Positions 19,425 through 30,241 of a stretch of 64,000 nucleotides of DNA are shown here, piece by piece; the first letter of the stretch is position 1; each line of letters begins with the position of its first letter. The translations under genes and the position numbers were made by a program. The stretch is from Fibrobacteria bacterium (GTDB lineage: Bacteria; Fibrobacterota; Fibrobacteria; UBA11236): assembly GCA_041746255.1 (NCBI GenBank), contig JBGTHM010000030.1, positions 1-64,000 on the forward strand, read 5' to 3'. The notes under the pieces were generated by a model. The model saw only the letters and a program-made list of their open reading frames with translations. It ran no database searches and had not been told where the DNA came from.

Positions 19425-20843
19425 TCAATGGAGGGGTACCCATTTCCGGAGTTCACCCGTTTCCCGGTCGGCATAAAGGAGTAGTCCGCGCGGGGGATTG
19501 TTCAAAGTTTCACTCACCTCCACCTTGCGGCCATCCAGAGTATACAGGCTCGCGGCCGGTGCGTCCCTCCCGGTAAAAGTGCGTGTGCTCTTGCCGGATT
19601 GGGCAATGGATTTCAATCCCGTGGTAACGGCTGGTTTAAGCTCCGCATGCTTCAAACGGAAAATATGGGTTTGGCGTTGCTGCACGGTTCCGTGTTCCGT
19701 GTACATCGCCGCGTAGATCAGTCCCGAAGCATCTTGTCCGAAAGCGGAAATACGGCCTGGCATATTCCCTGCGACGGATTTCATTTCTTTCACCGTGGTT
19801 TTATCGTCGTTCAGAATCAACCCATAAATTTTGCGGGTCTCATAATCCCCGAACAGGTAAACCCCGTAGAAAGCGGAAGCGGGATCGGCCCGGTAGACGA
19901 AACCCCCGATGACGCAGGCGCTTTGGGCGCGCGTCAACGCCACCACCGGATTAACCAATTGTGAACAATTTCCCGTTTCGCAATTTCCTTCCACAATGGA
20001 AGCCCCGTAATTCAAGCCTTTGTTGACCAAGTTGATTTCTTCGTTCTTAAGGTGGCCTACGTCTCCCAACCACAAATCCCCATTTTTCGGATCGAAGTTG
20101 AACCTCCAGGGGACCCGAAAACCCGATGCCCAGATTTCCGGGCGTATCCCGGTTTTATTCCGGAAGGGATTGTCTTGCGGAATGGCATATTCCAATCCTG
20201 GATCTTTTTTATCGATATCAATGCGGATGACCTTGCCCCACAAGCCTTGCATATCCTGGGCGTCGAATTGTCGGTCCGCCTGGGCGGAATACAGGTAACC
20301 ATCCGCTCCGAAAATGATGTCGCCGGAGGAATGCACGGTCTTCTGTTCGAATTCGATGATGGTACGGACTCTTTGGGGGTTTTCCAGCCCGGAGGCGGGC
20401 GCTTGCCATTCTTCGATGACGGATCTCGTTTTCAAATCCTTACGGCGATAGAGCACATAGAACTTGCGGTTTTCATCGAAACGGGGATGGAACTCCACCT
20501 TCCAGGCGCCGTCCCAATGCGTTTCAGTATTGGCGTCGACTGAAAACCAGGCTTTTTTAACGTACTGAGCGCCTTGTTTTTCCAACAGAAAGGTGGCGCC
20601 GGCTCTTTCCATTACCACAAGCCGCTCGGGTTGGTTTGGAACTCCACCTACATGCGTGGGTTGGTCGAAGGAAATTTTGGTTTGGTCGTAAAATGCCTCA
20701 TAGGTAACGCCGGTGGGAATGGCGGCATCGGCGGCATATACACCCAGTAGGAGCAGAAGCCCCATGGAAAGAGGACTCCATGGTGATACTTTGATTCTGC
20801 TTTCAGCTGCCATGAGCCAGACCTTTGCTTTCGTGGTAGTCAC
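19425..20843 (-). CDS. Secreted PQQ-dependent sugar dehydrogenase (GSDH beta-propeller) with a C-terminal secretion-type tail
   Basis: FHPRF, IIFGADGYLY, GKVIRID, YAIPQDNPF, EIWASGFRVPWRFNFD, EEINLV..G.NYG and VIGGFVYR motifs; C-terminal YTLDGRKV. Start uncertain (20843, 20813 or further downstream). Confidence 0.88.
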   Translation of the reverse strand: MTTTKAKVWLMAAESRIKVSPWSPLSMGLLLLLGVYAADAAIPTGVTYEAFYDQTKISFDQPTHVGGVPNQPERLVVMERAGATFLLEKQGAQYVKKAWFSVDANTETHWDGAWKVEFHPRFDENRKFYVLYRRKDLKTRSVIEEWQAPASGLENPQRVRTIIEFEQKTVHSSGDIIFGADGYLYSAQADRQFDAQDMQGLWGKVIRIDIDKKDPGLEYAIPQDNPFRNKTGIRPEIWASGFRVPWRFNFDPKNGDLWLGDVGHLKNEEINLVNKGLNYGASIVEGNCETGNCSQLVNPVVALTRAQSACVIGGFVYRADPASAFYGVYLFGDYETRKIYGLILNDDKTTVKEMKSVAGNMPGRISAFGQDASGLIYAAMYTEHGTVQQRQTHIFRLKHAELKPAVTTGLKSIAQSGKSTRTFTGRDAPAASLYTLDGRKVEVSETLNNPPRGLLLYADRETGELRKWVPLH

Positions 20844-21017
20844 ATTGGGTCTAAAGAATATAATCCGGGATGGGGGAAATACGGGATGGAATTTTACGGG
20901 AATAGAGCCGAAAAATGGCTCTAATTAGCGATCAAGTGGATTTTTATTGCTGCATCGATAAAATAGAGGCCTATCCCGCTTTGGAGCGATTGGCGGGAAT
21001 CGCGCCTGATCACGGAA

Positions 21018-22322
21018 TCAAAAGTTCAGGGCAGACACGATTGGCACGCGGGTTTTCTTGGGGGCGATGGCCGCGGAAGCCCATTTTTCCGGAGCGAAAA
21101 CGCGCTGCAAGCAGACTTGCACGTCCTTCTGTGTAACCGCGTCAAGACGTTGTAAAGTCGCTTCCAGGGGCTCCTCATCCTTGCGGTTCAATAGGCGACG
21201 TGCGATATGACTCATGCGGCTTTGGGTCGACTCCAGGCTCAGCAAAATACTGCCGCGTACATTGGCTTTGGCGAATTCCAGCTCCGGGGCGGAAAGACCT
21301 TCGTTCTTGAGACGTTTGATTTCACGGGCGATTTCTCGCAAGGCTTTTTGCAAATGCGCGGGTTCGGTGGCGAAGCCGATGGTAAATAGGCCGGAACCGA
21401 TCAAGAATTCGGGATTCGAATAAATGGAATAGACCAGCCCGTACTCTTCGCGTAAGTTCTGGAAAAGTCGCGAACTCATGCCGTCGCCGAATATGGTATT
21501 TATCAAGATAAGGGGAAAACGCGCTTGGGCATTGAAGGCGTATCCCGGCCCGCTCAACATTATGTTCACCTGCTGGACCGACTTATGATCGATAAGGTGA
21601 CGCGGCTTGCACGCGACGATTCTCCGCGCCAAGGGGCGTCGGGACTGGATGGGTGCGCCCGCTCCCTGTTTGCGAGGAAGGCCGAAGGCCTCACGGGTAA
21701 CGCGAACCGTTTCGGCATGCGAGAGGTTGCCCACGCCGATTACGAAAACCGGCAACCGGCGGCGAACCAGATCGCGGTGGGCGCTTAAATGCGCGCGCGT
21801 CAAGCCGGCTACCGTCTTTTCATCTCCGGCAATGGGAAAACCCAAGCCCTGTTTGCCATAAAATGCGTCCGATAACAAGTCGTAGATGCTGTCTTCGGGA
21901 TTATCGTTACCGCCTTTGATTTCCTCGATGATGACGTCTTTCTCCTTGCGGAGTTCTTCTTCGTCGAAAGTCGCGTTCAGGGCCATGTCGAGAAGCAGCG
22001 ATAAGCCTTTCATGGCTTCGCTGTCGACCATCTTGGCGTAAAAACAAGTCTGCTCCTTGGAGGTGAAGGCGTTGACATGTCCACCCGACGCTTCGTAGGA
22101 CTTGACCAACTCCAGCGCGCTATGGGTGTCGGTGCCTTTGAAGACCATATGCTCAAAGAGGTGGGCCAACCCGTTGGTAGGCGCGCTTTCGTCACGTGAG
22201 CCGATATCGAGGTAGACTCCCAAACTGGCCGAATGCAAATTGGGAAGCGATTCGGTGGCGACCAGGACGCCGTTTTCCAGCTCCGTGACCTTGATATCTG
22301 CGACTTTTTTCTTGTTTATCAT
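21018..22322 (-). CDS. M16 (pitrilysin/insulinase) family zinc peptidase
   Basis: HLFEH inverted zinc motif, NAFTSKE and SSRLFQNLREEYGLVY; conserved position downstream of pnp. Confidence 0.95.
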   Translation of the reverse strand: MINKKKVADIKVTELENGVLVATESLPNLHSASLGVYLDIGSRDESAPTNGLAHLFEHMVFKGTDTHSALELVKSYEASGGHVNAFTSKEQTCFYAKMVDSEAMKGLSLLLDMALNATFDEEELRKEKDVIIEEIKGGNDNPEDSIYDLLSDAFYGKQGLGFPIAGDEKTVAGLTRAHLSAHRDLVRRRLPVFVIGVGNLSHAETVRVTREAFGLPRKQGAGAPIQSRRPLARRIVACKPRHLIDHKSVQQVNIMLSGPGYAFNAQARFPLILINTIFGDGMSSRLFQNLREEYGLVYSIYSNPEFLIGSGLFTIGFATEPAHLQKALREIAREIKRLKNEGLSAPELEFAKANVRGSILLSLESTQSRMSHIARRLLNRKDEEPLEATLQRLDAVTQKDVQVCLQRVFAPEKWASAAIAPKKTRVPIVSALNF

Positions 22323-22346
22323 GGTATTGGTTTCGGGGAAAAGGAA

Positions 22347-22378
22347 TCCAGGTCCGGAAAAAATTATCCGGACCTGGA
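22347..22378 (-). terminator. Hairpin/terminator downstream of pnp
   Basis: 12-bp perfect IR TCCAGGTCCGGA/TCCGGACCTGGA, followed on the minus strand by TTCCTTTT. Confidence 0.7.
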
Positions 22379-22442
22379 AATCATGGAGTAAAGGATAAAA
22401 AAGCGGCTCCGAAAACGCCGCTCGGTGCGCCGCCCGGTGTAT

Positions 22443-24524
22443 TTATCCGGCAATGAGAGCCTTGCGGCTCAATTTTATTTTCCCCTGCGGGTCGACTCCG
22501 ATGCACTTGACTTCAACTTCATCGCCCATGGAAAGCACATCTTCGACTCTATTCACTTTTTGCGGGGCCAGTTCGGAAATATGCACCAGACCTTCTTTAC
22601 CGGGAAGAATTTCCACGAAGGCTCCAAAGGTGGCTATGCCCTTGACCTTGCCACGATAGATCTTTCCCACTTCGGCCTCGGCGAACAGTTCATTCACCAT
22701 TTTAAGCGCGATGATGGCATTGTTCCGATGGGGCGCCGATATCGTCAACGATCCGGTATCGTCGATATTGAGGGTCGCGCCGGAAGACTCCTGGATGCCT
22801 CGGATGACCTTGCCGCCGGGTCCGATTAGCTCTTTGACTTTATCCGGCGGAATCTTCTTCTGCAGGATGGACGGTGCGAACTTGGATAGCTCTCTCGGGC
22901 CCGCCAGCGCATGGTTCATTTTCTCCAGGATGTGCATGCGGCCCGCCTTGGCCTGGCTCAGCGCACGGTGCATAAGCTCCGGAGTGATTCCCCGCATCTT
23001 GATGTCCATTTGAAAGGAGGTAATCCCTTCGGCGGTTCCGCATACCTTAAAATCCATGTCGCCGAGATGGTCTTCGGTTCCGTTGATGTCGGAGAGAACC
23101 TGGGCCCGGCCGCCCTCACTGACCATTCCCATGGCGATGCCCGCCACCGGAGCTTTGAGCTTCACGCCGGCATCCAAAAGCGCCAGGGTGCCGCCACAAA
23201 CCGACGCCATGGAAGAGGAACCATGCGATTCCAGAATATCGGAAACCAGGCGAATGGTGTAGGGAAAGCTGTCGGCGGTGGGTAGAACCGGGGCAAGAGC
23301 GCGCTCGGCAAGATAACCATGCCCTATTTCGCGTCGACTGACCGACGCCATGCGCTTGGCTTCGCCAACGCTAAACCCGGGAAAGTTATAATGCAACATG
23401 TAGTTCTTAAATGTTTCGCCTTGCAGGGAATCGACTCGTTGTTCATCGGTGCGGGTTCCCAGGGTGCAAACGACCAGGGCCTGGGTTTCGCCGCGTTGGA
23501 AAAGCGCTGAGCCGTGAGCGCGCGGAAGCACCTGGGTTTCGATATCAATTTGGCGAACCGTATCGGGCTTGCGACCATCGATACGCACGCCTTCGTTGAG
23601 TACCATTTCGCGCATTTCGCGCCAGTAGATTTCTTCGAACTCGGTAGCGATCTCGCTATCCGCATCCGGGAACTCAGGTGCGAGTGCGGTAACGACTTGT
23701 TGCTTGACGGCCTTGACGGCCTTTCCATGGGCCTTTTTGAGATACGGGCTGTGGAGTACTTCCCGCAGTGGATTGAGCGCGATTTCCTCGATGCGTTTTT
23801 GCAGGGCGAGGTTTCGTGGCGGGGGAGTGAAAACCTCTTTTTCCGGATTCAGTCTACGGATGAGTTCATTCTGACCCTGGATAATCTGTTTGATGGCTTG
23901 GTGGCCGGCCAGAATGGCGTTGACCATCAATTCTTCGGGTACTTCCCAGGCCGAGCCCTCGACCATGTTGACGGAAGTTTCGGTGCCGGCGACGATGAGT
24001 TCGATGTCGGCGGATTCGATTTCTTCGAAAGTGGGATTCACGATGAAGCTGCCGTCTTTACTGCCGATTACCTTGACCGCGGCGACCTGCTCCTCGAAAG
24101 GAAGGGGTGAAAGGCCTACGGCTAATGACGCGCCGATAATGGAAATAGTATCGGAATCAAATTTTTCATCGGCGGAAAGGACGGATGCAACCACTTGCAC
24201 TTCGCGACGGAATCCGTCTGGGAACATAGGGCGCAAGGGCCTATCTATGAGGCGGCAAGTTAAAATTTCCTTGTCGCTGGGTTTAGCCTCGCGCTTGACG
24301 TACCCGCCGGGGATTTTGCCGGCAGCATAATATTTTTCGCGGTATTCGACGGTTAGGGGAAAGAAGTCGCCTTGCGATTCGGCGCCATAGCATACCGTGA
24401 CCAATACCACGGTTTCGCCAAGTCGGATGATTACCGAGCCGCCCGCCTGTTTGGCGATTTTGCCCGATTCGAGGGTGATGATCTTTCCGTCGGGAAGGGT
24501 AACATTGACTATTTCATGTGCCAT
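22443..24524 (-). CDS. pnp: Polyribonucleotide nucleotidyltransferase (PNPase)
   Basis: [38 protein letters not shown] and [11 protein letters not shown] motifs; KH and S1 domains. Confidence 0.99.
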   Translation of the reverse strand: MAHEIVNVTLPDGKIITLESGKIAKQAGGSVIIRLGETVVLVTVCYGAESQGDFFPLTVEYREKYYAAGKIPGGYVKREAKPSDKEILTCRLIDRPLRPMFPDGFRREVQVVASVLSADEKFDSDTISIIGASLAVGLSPLPFEEQVAAVKVIGSKDGSFIVNPTFEEIESADIELIVAGTETSVNMVEGSAWEVPEELMVNAILAGHQAIKQIIQGQNELIRRLNPEKEVFTPPPRNLALQKRIEEIALNPLREVLHSPYLKKAHGKAVKAVKQQVVTALAPEFPDADSEIATEFEEIYWREMREMVLNEGVRIDGRKPDTVRQIDIETQVLPRAHGSALFQRGETQALVVCTLGTRTDEQRVDSLQGETFKNYMLHYNFPGFSVGEAKRMASVSRREIGHGYLAERALAPVLPTADSFPYTIRLVSDILESHGSSSMASVCGGTLALLDAGVKLKAPVAGIAMGMVSEGGRAQVLSDINGTEDHLGDMDFKVCGTAEGITSFQMDIKMRGITPELMHRALSQAKAGRMHILEKMNHALAGPRELSKFAPSILQKKIPPDKVKELIGPGGKVIRGIQESSGATLNIDDTGSLTISAPHRNNAIIALKMVNELFAEAEVGKIYRGKVKGIATFGAFVEILPGKEGLVHISELAPQKVNRVEDVLSMGDEVEVKCIGVDPQGKIKLSRKALIAG

Positions 24525-24560
24525 GGAATGGTATTTCTCCCAGGGGATAATAGCATGGAA

Positions 24561-24586
24561 GCCCGGTGCCGTTTAGGCGGCCGGGC
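24561..24586 (-). terminator. rpsO-pnp intergenic stem-loop
   Basis: GCCCGG...GCC/GGC...CCGGGC hairpin just after the rpsO stop. Confidence 0.5.
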
Positions 24587-24600
24587 GGAATGACGTGGAC

Positions 24601-24873
24601 CTAGCGGCGCAATTCGAGCTGTTTAATCAGACCGCGGTAACCGTCGAGGTCGGTTTTCGCCAGGTAATTGAGCATGCGGCGGCGGTAGGCGACCATGGTG
24701 ATCAGTCCGCGGCGGGAGTGCTTGTCTTTTTTATGCACTTTGAGATGCTCGGTGATTTCAGCGATGCGATGGGTCAAGATGGCGATCTGGACGCGGACGT
24801 TACCGGAATCCTTTTCGTTCTTACCATAATCGCCTACGAGCTTCTGCGTTATTTCTGTGGTGATTGTCGCCAT
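24601..24873 (-). CDS. rpsO: 30S ribosomal protein S15
   Basis: DSGNVRVQIAILT, HLKVHKKDKHSRRGL and RRRMLNYL motifs. Confidence 0.99.
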   Translation of the reverse strand: MATITTEITQKLVGDYGKNEKDSGNVRVQIAILTHRIAEITEHLKVHKKDKHSRRGLITMVAYRRRMLNYLAKTDLDGYRGLIKQLELRR

Positions 24874-24901
24874 AACAATATTAAACCTTTGAATGGATTA
24901 C

Positions 24902-25900
24902 TTAATCGTTGAAAGAAAACTTCTGTTCGGCAGACTTCTTTCCGGGCTCCGCCTTGGAAAAGCGGGTCCGGCATGCCTCCAGATCTCGCTGGATTTGCCG
25001 CCTCAAATCGGAAGAATTTGCAAACTTTTCTTCCTTTCGGAGGTGGAATAATAGTTTTACCCCGGCTTTTTGGCCATAGATATCTGCTTTGAAATCAAGT
25101 ACATGAGCCTCTAATTTAGCTATTTGAGAGTCGAAAGTCGGGCGGATTCCAATATTGATGACTGCGGGATGATCCACTCCCTCCAGGTTGACGTAGCCCC
25201 CGTATACGCCGAATTGGGGTAATAATTTAACCGGCGATTCCAACCGTAAATTGGCGGTGGGGAAGCCCAGCTTCTTGCCTCGGCCCTCGCCGGTTTCCAC
25301 CGTTCCGAGAAAGAGATAAGGCCGACCCAGCAATTCATTGGCCCGCTCAAGGCGACCTGCCTGCAAATGTCCGCGTATGGCCGAGGAGCTGACAATCTCG
25401 CCCTGCAATAAATAAGGTGGGGTCAAATGCACGGCCGCCTCGCCGCCGGAAAGCAATTTACCCAGGAGGGGAGCATCGCCCTGGGCGCCTTTACCGTATC
25501 GATGGTCATGGCCTAGAAAAACCTCGCGGCAATTGAGGGATTGGATTAAAATATTTCGGACGAAATCATCGGGTTCCATATGGGCGATTTCGTCGGTGAA
25601 GCGGAGACAGAGCGTTTCAATCGGCCACTTTTTCAGGATCTCGATTTTTTCTCCCAGGGTGGTCAACAAAGCAGGAGCTTTATCCTTCAGGAAAAAATGG
25701 GCGGGATGGGGTTCGAAGGTGACCAGCATGGGCGTAAGACCCCGGACTTTGGCTTTTTGGACGAGGGAGGATAAGAGGTGTTGATGACCTAAATGGACAC
25801 CGTCGAAATTACCGAGCGCTAAAAGCGTCGGCTTTTCCTGTGAGGGGATATCGCGTATATCGCGAGGAATCAATTTCGAGCCAGGACTTTCTCGGGACAC
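24902..25900 (-). CDS. ribF: Bifunctional riboflavin kinase/FAD synthetase
   Basis: GNFDGVHLGH, TFEPHP, VSSSAIR, LGFPTAN, GIRPTF and EAHVLDF motifs. Confidence 0.98.
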   Translation of the reverse strand: MSRESPGSKLIPRDIRDIPSQEKPTLLALGNFDGVHLGHQHLLSSLVQKAKVRGLTPMLVTFEPHPAHFFLKDKAPALLTTLGEKIEILKKWPIETLCLRFTDEIAHMEPDDFVRNILIQSLNCREVFLGHDHRYGKGAQGDAPLLGKLLSGGEAAVHLTPPYLLQGEIVSSSAIRGHLQAGRLERANELLGRPYLFLGTVETGEGRGKKLGFPTANLRLESPVKLLPQFGVYGGYVNLEGVDHPAVINIGIRPTFDSQIAKLEAHVLDFKADIYGQKAGVKLLFHLRKEEKFANSSDLRRQIQRDLEACRTRFSKAEPGKKSAEQKFSFND

Positions 25901-26826
25901 AAGCTGCCATCGGCAAGAATACGGCCGATGGCCAATAGCCGGGTGCCGGAAAGGATGCGATAGGGGGTTTCAGCGCTTTCTGCCGGAGCGCCGGTCAATC
26001 GATATTCCGAAGGCCCTAAAGTGATGCCATTCAGTATGGGGCTTATTTTTACGGGCGAAACAGTGGCGACAGGAAGGAATTCCAGTGCCTGGGCTACCGG
26101 TATGAGGCGGCTCATTCCCTCGATATCCTCGGTAGTTACGGCGTTTTCTACCTGAAAGGGCCCGATGGCCATGCGTCGGATAGCATCGGCGACTCCACCT
26201 ACCTTGAGCAAGCGGCCTATATCATGGGCGAGCGAGCGGACATAAGTGCCGCGAGAGCAAATCAGGCGTAAATGCGCGGCGGCGGGCTTACCGGTTTCGC
26301 CGGGCTCGAAGCCCTCCATTTCAAACCGATAGACATGTATGCGTCTTGACTTGAGTTCGACGGTTTCGCCGGAACGGACTCGATCGCAAGCGCGCCGACC
26401 CGCGATTTTGATGGCGGAATAATCGGGAGGCATCTGCTCCTGTTCGCCGCGGAACCCCTTCAGTGCGTCTTCGATATGCGCGGCGGTGAGATGTCCGGAC
26501 TCCTGCCGCTGCAGGACTTCTCCCTGCATATCGTAAGTATCTGTGGCAATGCCCAGGTGCACAGTGAACCGGTAGTCTTTGGTGAGTTTCTCCATGTATT
26601 CGAGGAGGCGGGTGGCCTTATCCACCCCGACCAGCAAAAGGCCCGATGCATCGGGATCCAAGGTACCCGCATGTCCCACTTTTCGGCCGCGAAATATCTT
26701 TTTTACCGGGTGCAGCGCCTTAAAAGAGGAGAGGCCGCGCGCTTTGTCCACCAACAAGAAGCCACCTCCTTCGGGAATTGGGGGTGTTGGCACATTCGGT
26801 CCTGCGACCGCCGGCTGCCTAATCAT
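25870..26826 (-). CDS. truB: tRNA pseudouridine(55) synthase TruB
   Basis: KVGHAGTLDPDASGLL, QMPPDYSAIK and CSRGTYVRSLAHD motifs. Confidence 0.98.
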   Translation of the reverse strand: MIRQPAVAGPNVPTPPIPEGGGFLLVDKARGLSSFKALHPVKKIFRGRKVGHAGTLDPDASGLLLVGVDKATRLLEYMEKLTKDYRFTVHLGIATDTYDMQGEVLQRQESGHLTAAHIEDALKGFRGEQEQMPPDYSAIKIAGRRACDRVRSGETVELKSRRIHVYRFEMEGFEPGETGKPAAAHLRLICSRGTYVRSLAHDIGRLLKVGGVADAIRRMAIGPFQVENAVTTEDIEGMSRLIPVAQALEFLPVATVSPVKISPILNGITLGPSEYRLTGAPAESAETPYRILSGTRLLAIGRILADGSLCPEKVLARN

Positions 26827-27244
26827 TTTTGGAATCTAATTCGGAAGAGGCGTCGGAGTTTTCCTCCGGTTCGTCCTCCTCGGCTGCTTCCGTCGGGCCG
26901 CTCCCGGGGTTATCGATGCGGCTGAGGATTTCGTGCATGCGGAAGCCGTGTTCCAGATTCTTGTCTTCGATGAATTGCAAACGGGGCACCGTTCGGGTGT
27001 GCATCGATTTTGCCAATTGGGTACGCAGAAAAGACGCGCTTCTTCCCAGCCCGACCAGCGAGTCCTTGGTTTCTTTCGCGCCGCCTAATACGGTGACGAA
27101 TACCTTGGCATGAGCCAAATCGGTGGTCACGTCTACGCGCGAGATGGTCACGAATCCAATGCGCGAGTCGGCAAGCTCTTTTTGAATGAGATCGCTGAGC
27201 TCGCGCTGGATTAGGTTTCCGACTCTTTCGGTCCTGCGGGTCAT
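26819..27244 (-). CDS. rbfA: Ribosome-binding factor A
   Basis: RRTERV, VTISRVDVTTDLAHAKVFV and RTVPRLQF motifs; follows infB. Confidence 0.98.
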   Translation of the reverse strand: MTRRTERVGNLIQRELSDLIQKELADSRIGFVTISRVDVTTDLAHAKVFVTVLGGAKETKDSLVGLGRSASFLRTQLAKSMHTRTVPRLQFIEDKNLEHGFRMHEILSRIDNPGSGPTEAAEEDEPEENSDASSELDSKND

Positions 27245-27273
27245 GGGCTAATATCCTTCCGGCGTGAGATGTC

Positions 27274-30207
27274 TCAGGCGTTTACCGGAGCGGAAAGCTT
27301 GCGAGCCACTTCCACTCTGCGGAAAAAGGCCAACACGTCGCCTTCTTTGATATCGTTCAAGCCCTCGAGGCCGATACCGCATTCGAAACCGGCGCGTACC
27401 ACCTTGGCGTCGTCTTTTTCACGCTTGAGCGAAGTGACTTTGGCTTCGCCCACTTCGATGCCGCCGCGGTAGAGCCTTGCCTTGAGGTCGCGCTCCACCG
27501 TACCGCTTTGCACTTTGCAACCCGCGATGGTGCCGATTTTGGGAATGTGGAAAAGCTGCAGAATCTCGGCTTCGCCGGCCACTTCCTCCTTGATTTCGGG
27601 AGTAAGCATGCCTTCCATGGCGGCCCTGATTTCGTCCACCACTTCGTAGATGACGCGATAATTATTGATGGTCACGCCTTCGCGTTCCGCAAGATTTCGA
27701 ACCGATTCGGAAGGCAGCACATGGAATGCGATGACAATGGCTTCCGATGCGGAGGCCAATCCGATATCGGCGTCGGTGACGGCACCCACGCCTTTGGAGA
27801 TGACGTTGACGCGGACCTCTTTGGTCGAGACCTTCTCCAGCGCCGCGGCGATGGCTTCCACCGAACCGTCGACGTCGCCTTTGATGATGACTTTGAGTTC
27901 GTGGAATTCGCCGGACTTGATTTGATCGTAAAGCTGATCGAGAGTGATATGCCGTTTCTGCCGCAGTTCGCGGTCTTTGGCGGCAATGCGGCGGCGAGCC
28001 GCGATTTCACGCGCTTCGCGTTCGTCCTCGACGGCCAAAAAGGAATCGCCCGCCTGCGGAGCGCCTTCAAGGCCCAATACCTGCACGGGAGTGGAGGGGC
28101 CGGCGGTTTGCTTCGGCTTGCCGCGTTCGTCAAGCAGTGCGCGCACTTTGCCGGAAAAAATACCGGTTACAAAGGGGTCGCCCACGTTGAGCGTACCGTT
28201 TTGAATGAGCACCGTGGCTACCGCGCCCTTGCCCTTGTCCAGGCGGGACTCGATGACCGTTCCTTGCGCAGGGCGGTTGGGATTGGCTTTGAGGTCGAGT
28301 ATTTCAGATTCGAGCGCCAGGGTCTCCAGCAGCTTTTCCATGCCCAGGCCGGTTTTGGCCGAGATTTCGACGCTGGGATATTTGCCGCCCCATTGTTCCA
28401 CTTCGACGCCGGCTTCGGCCAATTGTGCGCGAATTTTGTCCGGATTGGCGGTGGGCAAATCGATTTTGCTGATGGCCACCACAATTTGGCAATTGGCATT
28501 TTTGGCCATCTTGATGGCTTCTTTGGTTTGCGGCATGACCATGCTGTCCGCTGCCACCACTAGCACTACCACGTCGGTGACATGGGCGCCGCGCGATCGC
28601 ATCGCGGAAAAGGCTTCGTGACCCGGCGTATCCAGAAAACAAACCGGTCCGAAAATGGTTTCCACCTGGTAGGCGCCGATATGCTGGGTAATGCCTCCTG
28701 CCTCACCCGCGATAACGTTCGCCTTGCGGATGAAGTCGAGCAGCGAGGTTTTACCGTGATCGACATGGCCCATAACCGTGATGATGGGCGCGCGCGGAAG
28801 CAACTCCTCGGCGGTGTCTTCGGATTCCTGACCCAGGTTGTCGGTGGCGTATTCGTCCATCAATTTGGCGTCGAATCCGAACTCATCGGCGATGAGAGCG
28901 ATGGTTTCATAATCGAGACGCTGGTTGATGGTCACCATCATTCCCAGTTCCATGCATTTCGCGATAACCTGCGCAGGCATTACATTCATGAGTCCGGCCA
29001 ATTCGCCGATACTGATAAACTCGCCTACATTCAAGATGCGACGTGATCCATCATCCTCGAAGTCGCTCTCCTTGCGGCCTTTCAACTTGCCTTTGCCTGG
29101 AGTACGGGAAAGGGAAGCCATGACCTTGCTCACGTTTTGACGGGCTTCGAGAAGTTCCGCCTCCACCTGCTCCTTCGATTTGCGGCGATGGCCGCCGCGT
29201 GTCGGTTTGCTCGGCGTGAAAGTCTTGGCTTTGTCTTTATCCTTGTCGAGACCGCGGTTGAGGCGATCGGGCTTGGCGCCGCCGGTGCCTCCGCCGGCCA
29301 GGGGAGTAAAAGTATTGGTGACGCCGGCTTCATGGGCGCGTTGCGCGAATACATCACGAGGAGCTCCCGCTCCGCCGGGCCCTGCCGGACGGCGTGCTCC
29401 CGGAGGGCCACCCGCCCCAACCGGTCCGCCTTCACGAGGTCCTCGGGGTCCTTGCCCGGGTGCGGGAGGACGTGCTCCCCGACTTAAATTGCCGGAATAA
29501 CCTTGCCCGCGGCTTTGCATGCGCGCTTGAGCGTCGGCCCGGCCGCGCGCGATGCGCGCCAACAAGGCGGCGTCGGGCTTTTCCACCGAAACTTTGAGTT
29601 CATTAAGCTGCGGGGGCGCCGTCTGCGGAGGCACTTTTGCCTTTGGAGCCTCCGGCGCCTGGGCTGGTATAGGCTCGGGCCTCGGCTCTGTCGCTTCGGG
29701 AGAAATAGGCTGCGCAGGGGCCGACTGAACCCCGGTGGGCGCCTCGATTTCGATGGGAGATACTTTGGGAGCTTTGGCCTCCGGAGCTTCCGGTTGCTTT
29801 TCCGAAACGGGTTGCTGCATTGGAACCGCTTCGGGAGCAGGTTGTTTCACTGCGGCCTTGACTGTGGTTTCCTGCGGCTTTTCCAGCGTCTGAGTTTCTT
29901 CAGGCGCCGCTGCAACCGTCTCCAGCTTCGGAGCTGGACGCGTCAGTTTGGTAGGCGGTTGCGGGGGTGCCTTTTTGAGTACAGCCTTCATAGGTATCTT
30001 CTTGCCTGCACGTACAAGCGCTTCCCGCTCCAGCTTTTCCTTGGTGGCGAGAATCAATGGCTTCGCCTTTGCGAAGCTCTCATGGTCAATCATGCTCATA
30101 GCCGATTTGACCTCAAGCCCGGCTTCCCGCAATGCGTTGAGAAGCAGGTCATTGGGAATATCGTATGATTTGGCTAGGGTTGAAACTCTTTTTTTCGCTT
30201 CGGTCAT
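27274..30207 (-). CDS. infB: Translation initiation factor IF-2
   Basis: MGHVDHGKTSLLD, GEAGGITQHIGAY, DTPGHEAF and KGDVDGSVEA motifs. Start placed at MTEAKKRV (30207, SD GAAGGA) rather than the 30369 ORF start that overlaps nusA. Confidence 0.98.
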   Translation of the reverse strand: MTEAKKRVSTLAKSYDIPNDLLLNALREAGLEVKSAMSMIDHESFAKAKPLILATKEKLEREALVRAGKKIPMKAVLKKAPPQPPTKLTRPAPKLETVAAAPEETQTLEKPQETTVKAAVKQPAPEAVPMQQPVSEKQPEAPEAKAPKVSPIEIEAPTGVQSAPAQPISPEATEPRPEPIPAQAPEAPKAKVPPQTAPPQLNELKVSVEKPDAALLARIARGRADAQARMQSRGQGYSGNLSRGARPPAPGQGPRGPREGGPVGAGGPPGARRPAGPGGAGAPRDVFAQRAHEAGVTNTFTPLAGGGTGGAKPDRLNRGLDKDKDKAKTFTPSKPTRGGHRRKSKEQVEAELLEARQNVSKVMASLSRTPGKGKLKGRKESDFEDDGSRRILNVGEFISIGELAGLMNVMPAQVIAKCMELGMMVTINQRLDYETIALIADEFGFDAKLMDEYATDNLGQESEDTAEELLPRAPIITVMGHVDHGKTSLLDFIRKANVIAGEAGGITQHIGAYQVETIFGPVCFLDTPGHEAFSAMRSRGAHVTDVVVLVVAADSMVMPQTKEAIKMAKNANCQIVVAISKIDLPTANPDKIRAQLAEAGVEVEQWGGKYPSVEISAKTGLGMEKLLETLALESEILDLKANPNRPAQGTVIESRLDKGKGAVATVLIQNGTLNVGDPFVTGIFSGKVRALLDERGKPKQTAGPSTPVQVLGLEGAPQAGDSFLAVEDEREAREIAARRRIAAKDRELRQKRHITLDQLYDQIKSGEFHELKVIIKGDVDGSVEAIAAALEKVSTKEVRVNVISKGVGAVTDADIGLASASEAIVIAFHVLPSESVRNLAEREGVTINNYRVIYEVVDEIRAAMEGMLTPEIKEEVAGEAEILQLFHIPKIGTIAGCKVQSGTVERDLKARLYRGGIEVGEAKVTSLKREKDDAKVVRAGFECGIGLEGLNDIKEGDVLAFFRRVEVARKLSAPVNA

Positions 30208-30241
30208 AATTCCTTCGATTCGATACGGGGTTGCAAACGGC

